64,000 nt of DNA from Bythopirellula sp. (GCA_965216565.1 OZ244170.1:3040001-3104000), one strand, 5' to 3'. Positions 9,525 to 19,248 are shown, numbered from the stretch's first letter. Program-made: numbers and translations. Notes: a model not told the origin generated them from the sequence alone.

Positions 9525-10004
9525 TCAGTGCACACCCTTAAGTATTTGAGCACAAACCACCAAGAAAGCGATAAACGCGCAAGCAACAACTAGGCCCAAG
9601 ACGCCAATCGTGATAACGACAGCTTTCAAGCCACCAGAAAAATCCTTGAGTAGCGTTTGACGCGAAACCGGCTTGCCTTGCAAAAAGCCAACAACGGTTC
9701 TTATCACAAGAGGTAAGAAAGCGGCTGTCCCAATCACTCCCAGTAGCGGAGTGATTCGGTAAAGCCCCCCCATGACAAGAACGGATACCAATAGTACGAC
9801 GATGTGTGTTCTGGAAACTTCCTTCTCGGTGTGCTCCAGCCTGGAAGCTGAAGATTCGATAACACGTACCGGGATCTCCGCTGAGGTTTGTTCCCTCGCT
9901 CCCTGCCCCGCTCCGCAAAGCCAGCAGTTCGCTTGGCCAGCGAGAAGCTTCGCCCCGCATTGGGGGCAGAGGGGATGGTTGGACACCACTGTGTTCTCAT
10001 TCAT
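9525..10004 (-). CDS. Zinc-ribbon membrane protein with AFIAFLVVC motif (paralog of neighbour)
   Basis: CPQC..CWLCG ribbon, three TM helices; ATGA overlap with upstream gene. Confidence 0.72.
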   Translation of the reverse strand: MNENTVVSNHPLCPQCGAKLLAGQANCWLCGAGQGAREQTSAEIPVRVIESSASRLEHTEKEVSRTHIVVLLVSVLVMGGLYRITPLLGVIGTAAFLPLVIRTVVGFLQGKPVSRQTLLKDFSGGLKAVVITIGVLGLVVACAFIAFLVVCAQILKGVH

Positions 10005-10708
10005 GACCGAAGCTTCTCATGAAAGTCCGATCGCTGAGCAAACTCTTCCGCCATGAAACGCACGCGGCGGACCGCTTGGCCAATGATGATCCCCGTGAGA
10101 GCCAACGCCGCAAGTGTCATCAGTTGATGGTACCGCGGCACGCTGATATCAAGCGTCGCCTCGCGGCCAAACGTTGCCGGCCATTTGGCAACGCCTAACA
10201 CGCAGAGGTAGCCAACCATGCCACCAATTGTTGCCAGTCGAACTAGCTTCAGATCGAATCGCAACGCCGTCATAGCAACGATCAGAAAATACCCCGCCAC
10301 CAATGCACTACGTGGCCCCGAGGCAATCGAGAGCATCCCGGTAAGAAAAACCAAATCACCTGCCGTCGACGCGTAAGGAAGCCACGCGGGGAAATGCCGC
10401 ATTTGCAAACAGATATGCACCGCCGCGGCCAGCATCACCCACGCCAGCGCCAATAAGGTAACTAGGGTATGAAATCGCTCGTCGACTACTGCTTCTTTGG
10501 AAAGCTGCAACACCCCCCAATTCGGCAACTTCCCCGCGGTGCCAAAATAGTGCCACAGATGGATTAAGTAGAAGATGCCAACCGAGGCGATCCGCAGCAG
10601 GTTCACCCGGGCTTCGCCAGCGTATTGCTGCCAGCGTTGCGTGATGTACCAGGACCGATCGGCCGCGGGGCTGGGGCGAGAAGGATTGGAAGAGATATCG
10701 GTGGCCAT
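10001..10708 (-). CDS. Hypothetical multi-pass membrane protein
   Basis: About six hydrophobic helices; apparent first gene of the minus-strand operon. Confidence 0.72.
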   Translation of the reverse strand: MATDISSNPSRPSPAADRSWYITQRWQQYAGEARVNLLRIASVGIFYLIHLWHYFGTAGKLPNWGVLQLSKEAVVDERFHTLVTLLALAWVMLAAAVHICLQMRHFPAWLPYASTAGDLVFLTGMLSIASGPRSALVAGYFLIVAMTALRFDLKLVRLATIGGMVGYLCVLGVAKWPATFGREATLDISVPRYHQLMTLAALALTGIIIGQAVRRVRFMAEEFAQRSDFHEKLRS

Positions 10709-10866
10709 CGTAGCTCCTCTAAGATTGCAGACCTAGATTTGCGGGACAGTATACCGCAATACGGGCTATTTCCAGCCCCGCAGTAGGCCCCTGGGGCCAT
10801 TGACACTTCCGCCGTCTAAGCGATATCTTGATGGATTGTCCATAAGCTTTATTCACGAGTAGTGCG

Positions 10867-11046
10867 ATGGCCGTCCCTAAAAGAAAACATTCGAACTCCC
10901 GCAGCGGCAAGCGCCGCAGTCACGATCGGATTTCAGCAAGACAACTGCAAAATTGCACGAAGTGCGGTCAACCTACCCCCACGCACGTAGCTTGCCCCAA
11001 CTGTGGCAACTACATGGGCCGCACCGTCGTCGAAGCGGAAGAGTAA
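10867..11046 (+). CDS. rpmF: 50S ribosomal protein L32 (missing from ORF track, 59 aa)
   Basis: Translated by hand: MAVPKRKHSNSRSGKRRSHD...CTKCG...HVACPNCGNY; directly upstream of fab genes. Confidence 0.95.
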   Translation: MAVPKRKHSNSRSGKRRSHDRISARQLQNCTKCGQPTPTHVACPNCGNYMGRTVVEAEE

Positions 11047-11168
11047 ACCTCCAGCCCGGTGGTACGCCACGGCTGTCCTACTTCCCAGACATAGGGTCCA
11101 CAGGCGCGGTCTGCAGTCGAATCAATCCAAGCGACTGGCCAACCGGGCGCTTCCCTCCTGGTATCACC

Positions 11169-12080
11169 ATGCCTAAAACTGCTTTCTTATTTCCTGGCCA
11201 AGGCGCTCAAACCGTCGGCATGGGTGCCGAACTGGCTAGCTCCAACTCTGCTGCCAAAGAGCTGTTCGATCGCGCGGAGAAAATCCTCGGCTACGATCTG
11301 CTCGATGTCTGCACCAATGGCCCCGCCGAAAAACTGAACTCTACCGTCTACAGCCAACCGGCACTGTTCGTCTGCAGCTTGGCGGCATTGGAACAACTTC
11401 GACAAGAGTCGCCCGAGCTTGTGCAAAGCTGCCACGCCACCGCGGGGCTCAGCCTGGGCGAGTACACGTCGCTGGTGTTTGCCGAAGCTATCGATTTCGA
11501 ATCGGGGCTCAAGCTCGTGCAAACACGGGGTCGCGCCATGCAAGACGCGGCGGATGCCACGCCTAGTTCTATGGTCAGCATCCTCGGCATGGAACGCGAG
11601 CAAGTTGAAAAACTCTGCGACGATGCCCGCGAGGAAGAAATCCTCCAACTGGCCAACATGCTTTGCCCGGGCAACATTGTTGTCTCTGGCAATACGTCGG
11701 CCTGCGAGCGTGTGACCAAACTAGCCGAGGACGCCAGAGCGATGAAGGTGATTCCGCTGGCCGTCGCCGGTGCGTTCCACACCCCACTCATGCAGTCGGC
11801 CGTCGAACGACTTTCCGCTGCATTAACCGAGGTTTCCTTGCAGGAACCTCGTGTGCCGGTGATCTCCAACGTCGACGCCCAACCGCACACCGACCCCACA
11901 GAAATTCGCGACCTATTAGTTCGTCAGGTAGTTAGCCCCGTGCTGTGGGAAGATTCCATGCGGTGGCTGATCGACCAATACAGTGTAGAAGAATGTTACG
12001 AAATCGGCCCGGGACGTGTGCTTCGCGGCCTGCTCAAACGAATCAACCGCAAGCTACCCTGTCAAAGCGTAGCGGCATAA
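11169..12080 (+). CDS. fabD: Malonyl-CoA:ACP transacylase
   Basis: FLFPGQGAQ, GLSLGEY, GAFHT, EIGPG. Confidence 0.95.
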   Translation: MPKTAFLFPGQGAQTVGMGAELASSNSAAKELFDRAEKILGYDLLDVCTNGPAEKLNSTVYSQPALFVCSLAALEQLRQESPELVQSCHATAGLSLGEYTSLVFAEAIDFESGLKLVQTRGRAMQDAADATPSSMVSILGMEREQVEKLCDDAREEEILQLANMLCPGNIVVSGNTSACERVTKLAEDARAMKVIPLAVAGAFHTPLMQSAVERLSAALTEVSLQEPRVPVISNVDAQPHTDPTEIRDLLVRQVVSPVLWEDSMRWLIDQYSVEECYEIGPGRVLRGLLKRINRKLPCQSVAA

Positions 12081-12112
12081 TTACCACGGTTAAGGACGAC
12101 GTTATACAAGAG

Positions 12113-12202
12113 TTCCTCTCGCCTTTGGGGAGAGATTAAGTGAAGGGTTGGACCACGATAGAATCAACCCTCCCCTAACCCCTCCCTTTCAAGGGAGGGG
12201 GA
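12113..12202. repeat. CCCTCCCC/GGGGAGGG palindromic intergenic element (family C; also 33412-33448 and 47771-47864)
   Basis: Nested hairpins such as CCCTCCC-TTTCAA-GGGAGGG; related sequences at two other loci. Confidence 0.65.
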
Positions 12203-12309
12203 CTCGACTTGGCCTACCGGACAGAGTTGCCTTACCATACTGAACCAGTAAGGCACCGGTGACAAACCAGAACGAATCTCAAGAAAAAAACCAAACTTGG
12301 AAAACAATC

Positions 12310-13080
12310 ATGGCCGACAAAACTCCCCGCAGAATTAAAGTTGATCTCAGTGGCCAAACGGCACTGGTAACGGGTGCTTCACGAGGTATCGGCAAAGCGA
12401 TTGCCCTGGCACTTGGTGAGGCTGGTGCTAAGGTCGCCTGCGTCGCGCGAAACGAAGAGAAACTGCGCGAGACGGCAGACGCCATCACTTCCGCCGGAGG
12501 AACCGCTGTTATCTACGCGTGCGACGTCACCGACTCGGCCGCCGTCCAAAAAGTTGCCGACGCGGTGATGGAAGATTGGGGCCAACTCGATATTGTTGTG
12601 AACAATGCTGGGATCACTCGCGATACATTGATTCCTCGCATGAGTGACGAAGAGTGGGACGACGTCATAGCCACTAACCTGCGTTCGGTGTTCCTCTTCA
12701 CACGTGCCGCGACCCAAGTGATGATGCGACAGCGGAGCGGTCGGATCATCAATATTTCCAGCGTCTCGGGAATCATGGGTAACCCAGGCCAGTCGAACTA
12801 CTCGGCCTCGAAGGCGGGAATCATTGGCTTTACCCAAACTGTGGCCCGCGAGATGGCCGGTCGCAAAGTGACGGTCAATGCCATCTGCCCCGGCTTCATC
12901 GCAACAGAAATGACCGATGCCCTGGGCCCCGCTGTGCAAGACGAAGTCAAGAAAAGGGTCCCTGCGAAGCGTCTGGGAGAGTCTAACGAGATCGCCGATG
13001 CGGTGCTGTATTTGGCCAGCGACTCTGCGGCTTATATGACAGGCCAGATCGTCACGATCGACGGCGGCCTAACCGCTTAG
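12310..13080 (+). CDS. fabG: 3-oxoacyl-ACP reductase
   Basis: TGASRGIG, NNAGITRD, YSASK; fab cluster context. Confidence 0.95.
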   Translation: MADKTPRRIKVDLSGQTALVTGASRGIGKAIALALGEAGAKVACVARNEEKLRETADAITSAGGTAVIYACDVTDSAAVQKVADAVMEDWGQLDIVVNNAGITRDTLIPRMSDEEWDDVIATNLRSVFLFTRAATQVMMRQRSGRIINISSVSGIMGNPGQSNYSASKAGIIGFTQTVAREMAGRKVTVNAICPGFIATEMTDALGPAVQDEVKKRVPAKRLGESNEIADAVLYLASDSAAYMTGQIVTIDGGLTA

Positions 13081-13304
13081 CCAATAGGAATTTGCAGCAA
13101 CAGGGCCCGCGAGAGTCCGTCTAGACAATATCTCGCAAAAGCTATATCTTAACCACCTTCGCGAAACGGCTCTATTGTGAAGAGCATGCATACAGTGAAC
13201 TGGTTGGCGGGACTGGCGATAAGATTGAATGCCAGCTTTGTCCAACCCAACCAGATTTTACAACGTCATAACTAAATTTGTGCACTAGAAGGAGGACCCT
13301 CCCT

Positions 13305-13538
13305 GTGGCCTCAGTAATGGAAAGAGTAACGGACATCGTGTCCGAACAATTGGGCGTCGACAAAGACAAGATCAGCGCAGACACATCCTTTGTGAACGAT
13401 CTGGGTGCCGACTCGCTCGACACCGTCGAATTGGTCATGGAACTTGAAGAAGAATTCGACGTGAACATCCCGGACGAAGAGGCCGAAAAAATTCAGACCG
13501 TAGGCCAAGCCGTGTCGTTTATCGAAGGCCAGTCCTAA
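13305..13538 (+). CDS. acpP: Acyl carrier protein
   Basis: [23 protein letters not shown] before GTG 13305. Confidence 0.96.
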   Translation: MASVMERVTDIVSEQLGVDKDKISADTSFVNDLGADSLDTVELVMELEEEFDVNIPDEEAEKIQTVGQAVSFIEGQS

Positions 13539-13702
13539 GCTGTCCTTTGCAAACTTCGTCGTCAACGAATGTCCCCGTTCTGGTGCCCTCGCGGCACAAG
13601 CAACTGGGCTTTCGATATCTCGTGGCACAGTCCAGTGCGCAGTTGCTCACCGGTGCCGTGCTGTCGGACCATCCAATTCGAAAGCGTCTCACCGAATAGC
13701 CG

Positions 13703-14938
13703 ATGAACCGCAGGATCGCTGTAACAGGTATTGGTGCAGTCACCTCACTCAGTTGCCAGGTCGACTCACTTTGGAAGAAACTTTTGGCCGGCGAGAGTGG
13801 TGTGCATGAGCTGCGCGCTTTCGACACGACCGATCATAAAGTTAACTTTGGTGGCGATATCCACGACTGGTCTACCGGCGAATACGTTTCAGCCAAAGAC
13901 GCGAAACGCATCGATCGCTTCACCCAGTTCGCCATGGTCGCTGGTATCGACGCGGTCACCGACTCGGGAATTGACTTCAGTACGCTCGATCCCTTCCGCT
14001 GCGGTGCAATTGTCGGCTCGGGCATTGGCGGCCTCAACGAAATAGAAACTCAAGAGCAACGACTCTTCAAGAAGGGCCCCGACAAGGTTTCGCCTTTCAC
14101 CATACCCAAGCTGATGCTCAACGCCGCGAGCGGCCACATTTCCATTCGCTATGGACTACGGGGCGTCAACTACGCCGTCGCTACTGCGTGTGCCAGTGCC
14201 ACGAACGCCATGGGCGAAGCGTTTCGAGCTATTCAGCGGGGCGATGCCGACGTGCTGGTCACCGGTGGTTCCGAAGCTGCCATCACTCCCATGGGCATGG
14301 CCGGCTTTGCCAATATGAAGGCCCTGTCGATGCGAAACGACAACCCCGCTGCCGCCAGCCGACCATTCGACGTCGATCGCGATGGCTTCGTGCTTTCCGA
14401 AGGTGCCGGGATCTTGGTCTTTGAAGAAATGGAATTGGCCCAGTCCCGCGGCGCAACCATCTATGGCGAAATCCTCGGCTATGGGGCTAGTGCCGACGCG
14501 GGACACATCACGCAACCCGACCCCGAAGGCAGCGGGGCCGCCCGTGCGATGAGCAATGCCCTTAGCGATGCCAAGCTGGAACCCTCGTCCGTCAATTACA
14601 TCAACGCCCATGGCACTAGCACCCCGTTGGGCGACAAAGCAGAAACCATCGCCATCAAACGCGTGTTTGAAGACCATGCTCACCAAATGAACATCTCCAG
14701 CACGAAGAGCCAGCTGGGACATTTGCTAGGAGCCAGCGGTGGTGTGGAACTGATCATTTCTCTCTTAGCGCTCAAACATCAAACAGCACCGCCCACAATC
14801 AATCTGGACAATCCAGACCCGGCGTGCGATCTGAACTACACTCCCAATACGCCACAAGAAATTGGCATCCAACGTGTGATGAGCAACAGCTTCGGCTTCG
14901 GCGGGCACAACGCCTCGATCGTGGCGGGCAGCGTTTAA
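13703..14938 (+). CDS. fabF: Beta-ketoacyl-ACP synthase II
   Basis: TACAS, NAHGTST, KSQLGH, SNSFGFGGHN. Confidence 0.96.
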   Translation: MNRRIAVTGIGAVTSLSCQVDSLWKKLLAGESGVHELRAFDTTDHKVNFGGDIHDWSTGEYVSAKDAKRIDRFTQFAMVAGIDAVTDSGIDFSTLDPFRCGAIVGSGIGGLNEIETQEQRLFKKGPDKVSPFTIPKLMLNAASGHISIRYGLRGVNYAVATACASATNAMGEAFRAIQRGDADVLVTGGSEAAITPMGMAGFANMKALSMRNDNPAAASRPFDVDRDGFVLSEGAGILVFEEMELAQSRGATIYGEILGYGASADAGHITQPDPEGSGAARAMSNALSDAKLEPSSVNYINAHGTSTPLGDKAETIAIKRVFEDHAHQMNISSTKSQLGHLLGASGGVELIISLLALKHQTAPPTINLDNPDPACDLNYTPNTPQEIGIQRVMSNSFGFGGHNASIVAGSV

Positions 14939-15078
14939 GCGAATTGTGAATTTCGGGTTTTTGAAATAGCCACGAAACTAAGTGTCGCCGGCCAACCGTA
15001 AGCCAGCGGCTAATATTCCATCTCAGCCTCAAAGCCTAGAGCCTCGAAGCCTCCAGCCTCAAAGCCTCCAGCCAAACT

Positions 15079-15621
15079 ATGTCCGATTCTCGCTGGAACC
15101 AGTCGCTTCGCGATCGACTCAAACGCTTAGTCAGCCGTTACGCGCGGGTCGGCTCGGTGATCGATCACTCCGACATCGTCAACAGCGCCATCGTCACCGC
15201 GTATCGGAAACGCGATCAATTCCGCGGCGAAACCGACGCCGAGTTCCAGGCCTGGCTGAGAAAGATTGTCGAGAACAAGTACTACACGCGCAGCCGCTCG
15301 GAGCTAGCCCAGCGCCGTGGTAGCGGCAAGAACATCCACCTCGGTCCGCACACCCGACTCGACGCCCCCAGCCCCGAAAAGTCTCCCGAAGACAAAGCCA
15401 GCGATCACGAGGTGGAGCAACTCCTGGGCAAGCTGCTCAATCACATCGGCGAAGAACACGCCGAGCTACTTTACCTGTTGAACTACTGCGAAATGTCGCA
15501 TGCCGAGATTGCAGAGAAATTCGATCTCACCAAAAACCAAGTCACCGGCCGCATCCGCACCGCCAACAAACGACTCGCCGAGGCGGTGCAGGAATTGGGG
15601 CTGGAGGGGTTGGAGTTGTAG
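15079..15621 (+). CDS. ECF sigma-70 factor, planctomycete type
   Basis: SDIV...QFRGETDAEFQAWLRKI region 2; MSHAEIAEKF region-4 HTH. Confidence 0.8.
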   Translation: MSDSRWNQSLRDRLKRLVSRYARVGSVIDHSDIVNSAIVTAYRKRDQFRGETDAEFQAWLRKIVENKYYTRSRSELAQRRGSGKNIHLGPHTRLDAPSPEKSPEDKASDHEVEQLLGKLLNHIGEEHAELLYLLNYCEMSHAEIAEKFDLTKNQVTGRIRTANKRLAEAVQELGLEGLEL

Positions 15622-15762
15622 GAAAGGGACACGGAAACTCTCCAGCTCATAATTCCTTGAGACTTTGCTGTGCTTGCTTATAATGGGATTTTGCTTTCAA
15701 TACACTCAGCCTCCGCATCTTCTAACTCTTCTAGTTATACTCTTTTCTGGAGTAAGGCACCT

Positions 15763-16350
15763 ATGCAGAAGATTCTGATCACCGTTTGCAGTTTTCTATT
15801 GATTGTTTTGCAGTCAGTTGTCCAAGCCGGGGTTACTGTTCAGGTTTCAGAGACGGGTGGCGATGTACTGTTCCAAGGCAACGGCACTATCGATCTCACA
15901 GACTTGACTTTTGATCAGACTATTGGCATTGGTAATCTGTTGTCGCCCGGAAGCGCCACCATGACATTCGGAAATAGTGGCGTGGGGGGAGATGTTGATC
16001 TATACGGTGGCTTGGTCGGACCATCGTCGTTCGGCTCCAACATCAATACCTTAGGCCCAGACCCCAACGGCGATGCATTTGCCTTGACTTTTTTAACGTC
16101 GACCCCGGCAAATAAGCTCATCGGTGTTCCGCAAGGTTACACAACCGGCCAGCCACTTTCTTTTTCGCAGAATCATGACGGCGAGACTTTCGACTCACTC
16201 GGCCTGGTGAAGGGCTCTTATCTTTGGCGATGGGGTTCTGGTCCCACCTTAGATTTCCTCGAGCTGAATATCGGCGTTGTCCCCGAGCCGTCTACGTTTG
16301 CCTCACTGGCGATGCTGGGGCTTTGCCTAGCTACGCGATTCCGCGTTTAA
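15763..16350 (+). CDS. PEP-CTERM sorting domain protein
   Basis: Signal peptide; C-terminal VPEPST followed by TM helix and Arg residues. Confidence 0.85.
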   Translation: MQKILITVCSFLLIVLQSVVQAGVTVQVSETGGDVLFQGNGTIDLTDLTFDQTIGIGNLLSPGSATMTFGNSGVGGDVDLYGGLVGPSSFGSNINTLGPDPNGDAFALTFLTSTPANKLIGVPQGYTTGQPLSFSQNHDGETFDSLGLVKGSYLWRWGSGPTLDFLELNIGVVPEPSTFASLAMLGLCLATRFRV

Positions 16351-16467
16351 TAAAGTCCGCTCACAGAAAACTTCGGTGCAAGCCGCATTCCTGACGGAGT
16401 GAAATCTGGCCTGCCAGACTGGCGCTGACTCTCCCGGCTAGCAATTTCCTTTCCCCACACAGCCGCT

Positions 16468-16528
16468 GCCAATGAACGGCTAGCCGAAGCGGTGCAGAAT
16501 TTGGGGCTGGAGGGGTTGGAGTTGTAGG
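16468..16528 (+). repeat. Duplicated 3' end of the ECF sigma gene (copy of 15562-15622)
   Basis: 54/61 nt identical by eye, last 28 nt identical; encodes ANERLAEAVQNLGLEGLEL*. Confidence 0.9.
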
Positions 16529-16815
16529 GTAACTCGATCCCGTCGCTGACGCTCCGGGCTAACGGACTTTTCTCTATTTCAGCCGCGACACCACGTGTCG
16601 CACGGCCCCTCCGGCAATTCGAAGAATCGCGGCTATTCTCTCCGTGACCCTCTTTTCTCGGTAACACTCCCTCGTAGATGACGCTTAATACAGCGTGGAA
16701 AAGGAATTTTGGCCTTTTTCCAAGAAAACCGCGCAGCGATCGCTCGCTTTACCCATCTATAAGAGTGAACAGAACGCACACGCATCAAACAGTGCTTTAA
16801 AACAGGAGACAGAAG

Positions 16816-17583
16816 ATGAAATACCACCTCGCCACACTCGCCGTTATCGTCACCGCCCTTTTTGTCCCATTCAACGCTTCGACTGCCGCCGGAGAGCAAA
16901 CTTCCCCGGTTGCTACCACTTCCCCCCTACCCGCCCCTAGTTTTCCGTTCTCCCCTCCAGAGGCCTGGCACGATCATTCGTCCACCGCCCTGGAGGGGGC
17001 CCTTCGTGGCACCGCTGTGCTGACCCGCGCACAGGGCGAGAAAAATCTGCTCGACTCCCAGGCCCGCATCTTCAATGAGCAGGCCCGCAGCATGCACTAC
17101 GACAACAATGTGAAATTCACCGAAACGCAATTCAAAATCAAAGAGATGAAGACGGCCTATCGCGAACTAGAGCGTCGCCGCACCATCGCCAAACGTTTGC
17201 AGGGCAAGCAGATGAAGCCGGCCGTGGAAGAAGATCTGGCCCAGACGTATCGGCTCACTCAATTCGAGTTCAATCCATCTACCGGCGCCATTTTCTGGCC
17301 CAGTGCATTGGCCGGTCCCCGCTATGCGGCTTATCGCCATCGCATCGCCATGCTGCTAGACCAAATGATTCAATACAACGTCGCCCGCGACCCCTTCTAT
17401 CGCGCAGAACTTGCCCGAGCTACGACAAGCTTCCGCGATGTGCTTCGCACCGACGCTGCCGCTGCTGGCACGTTGAAGCGACAATCCTACCAAGATGCTC
17501 AGCGATTTATCGTCGGGCTTAAGTACACACCCCATGTTCTGTCTCCTGCTCTGGGCGATATGGTAGCGATGACCTCGCGGTAA
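16816..17583 (+). CDS. Hypothetical exported protein
   Basis: Signal peptide; long ORF with AGGAG upstream; followed by a terminator. Confidence 0.75.
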   Translation: MKYHLATLAVIVTALFVPFNASTAAGEQTSPVATTSPLPAPSFPFSPPEAWHDHSSTALEGALRGTAVLTRAQGEKNLLDSQARIFNEQARSMHYDNNVKFTETQFKIKEMKTAYRELERRRTIAKRLQGKQMKPAVEEDLAQTYRLTQFEFNPSTGAIFWPSALAGPRYAAYRHRIAMLLDQMIQYNVARDPFYRAELARATTSFRDVLRTDAAAAGTLKRQSYQDAQRFIVGLKYTPHVLSPALGDMVAMTSR

Positions 17584-17629
17584 GCCTCTGCCGCTATCGC
17601 CACCCCATTTCCTAGGGCCTTTCCTGCTA

Positions 17630-17666
17630 GCACCCGCCGGTCTTGCCGACCGGTGGGTGCGTTTCT
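17630..17666 (+). terminator. Putative intrinsic terminator
   Basis: GCACCCGCCGGTC-ttgcc-GACCGGTGGGTGC stem followed by GTTTCT. Confidence 0.6.
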
Positions 17667-17789
17667 ATACTCCTCGCCCTTTCGAGCAGGTTTCGAGGGT
17701 CTTGAGGCTTTGAGAATTCGAGGATTAAGAAATCAGATCCTCAAAGCCTCGAAGCCTGCCAATTACTATTCCGACTGAGGAGAGCACCG

Positions 17790-19040
17790 ATGCACAATCG
17801 CATCGCAGTCACGTTTATTCTTCTGTTGAGCATTGCGACCGTCGCCGACGCGCAGTCCTTCGACACCTCGCGTCCTGGCGCCAGCGGTTGGCGGGCCCCT
17901 AAGGGCAACTCGCAAGTGGTTCAGGCTGCGGCGCGCTACGAGCAAGCCGCAGGATCTCCGGTGACATCCAGTCCCGTGACCCCGGGCAATGTGCGACGCA
18001 CCTCCGGCCAAGTCGGACGAGCGCAGGTCTCCAAAGGCGCCGGCAGTTTACCGAATACCGACGGCCAGGTCTGGCGCGAGTACGACATTACCCCCTACAC
18101 ACTGCGCGATCCCGACAGCAGCCACCCGGAACAGGCTATCGTCGATTGGATCTTGCGCGAAACGGGTTACGAGGCCTGGCACTCGACGCCGGTTGCATTG
18201 TTAAGTGCCAATCGACGCACGCTGCGTGTGTACCATACGCCTCAAATGCAGTCGGTCGTTTCCGACATTGTCGATCGCTTCGTCAACGGGCATGCCGAGA
18301 ATCACGGCTTTGGCTTGCGGATTATCACTGTCGACAATCCCAACTGGCGAACACGTGCATTGCCGTTGATGAAACCCATCCCTGTGCAGTCGCCGGGCGT
18401 CCAGGGTTGGATTCTCGCCAAGGAAGATGCCGCCCTCTTGATGGACGAGCTGCGCCGTCGCACCGATTATCGCGAGCACAACCCACCACATCAGAAGGTC
18501 CAGAATGGACAGTCGCTTGTCGTCTCGTCGATGCGCCCTGTGAGTTACACCAAGGGGATCATTCTCACCGACCAAACGTGGCCCGGCTATCAACCAGAAT
18601 TGGGGCAGCTCGATTCCGGATTTACGCTGGAGTTTAGCCCCCTACTGGCACTCGATACTCACACCACCGACGCCGTGGTGAAAGTGCGACTCGCACAAAT
18701 CGAAAAGATGCTCCCGGTCAAACTCGAAGTCCCCTCGGTAATCGCCCAAAACCAACGTGCTGAAGTTCAGGTGCCGCAGGTAACCATGGTGCAGATTCAC
18801 GAACGGTTCCGTTGGCCCACCGATCAGGTCCTCCTGCTGAGCATGGGCGTCGTGGCCACCCCCGGCCCGACCAAACCGAATATGCTGAAAGACGCCATTC
18901 CGATGCTAAAATCGGCCCCCCGCGCCGATGCCCTGTTGTTTGTCGAAAGCAAGGGCCCCGTGGCACCGTCACTCCCCGGCGGAATCACCCCCACCGCTTC
19001 AGCCAGCCGACCAAGCCAAACTTTCCACGGAAGATATTAG
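17790..19040 (+). CDS. Exported protein, possibly secretin-like
   Basis: Signal peptide; C-terminal beta-rich pattern (GQSLVVS, GFTLEFSP, VQVPQV, QVLLLSMG) reminiscent of secretin domains. Confidence 0.55.
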   Translation: MHNRIAVTFILLLSIATVADAQSFDTSRPGASGWRAPKGNSQVVQAAARYEQAAGSPVTSSPVTPGNVRRTSGQVGRAQVSKGAGSLPNTDGQVWREYDITPYTLRDPDSSHPEQAIVDWILRETGYEAWHSTPVALLSANRRTLRVYHTPQMQSVVSDIVDRFVNGHAENHGFGLRIITVDNPNWRTRALPLMKPIPVQSPGVQGWILAKEDAALLMDELRRRTDYREHNPPHQKVQNGQSLVVSSMRPVSYTKGIILTDQTWPGYQPELGQLDSGFTLEFSPLLALDTHTTDAVVKVRLAQIEKMLPVKLEVPSVIAQNQRAEVQVPQVTMVQIHERFRWPTDQVLLLSMGVVATPGPTKPNMLKDAIPMLKSAPRADALLFVESKGPVAPSLPGGITPTASASRPSQTFHGRY

Positions 19041-19248
19041 GGGAGACTTCGAGGCTGTAGGCTGGAGACATTGAGGCTGTAGGAATCAAGTTTCTCGAAG
19101 CCTCGAGGCTTCAAGTCCCTCAAAGCCTTCTCCCCGCCTAGCCCTTGCAATCGATGACGGTTATCTTGGGGATTCTGCAGCCTACTGCTCGCGACCGCGG
19201 GCCTGTGGTCCATCGCTGCCCTAAATTGCCGCTCTGCCGCTTTGCCCT

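Noticed and set aside
10953..11168. Long N-terminal extensions in the ORF track (fabD, ruvB, prsW, gcvH, yhaM)
   Set aside because: They overlap other genes or repeats; downstream starts match the family N-termini.
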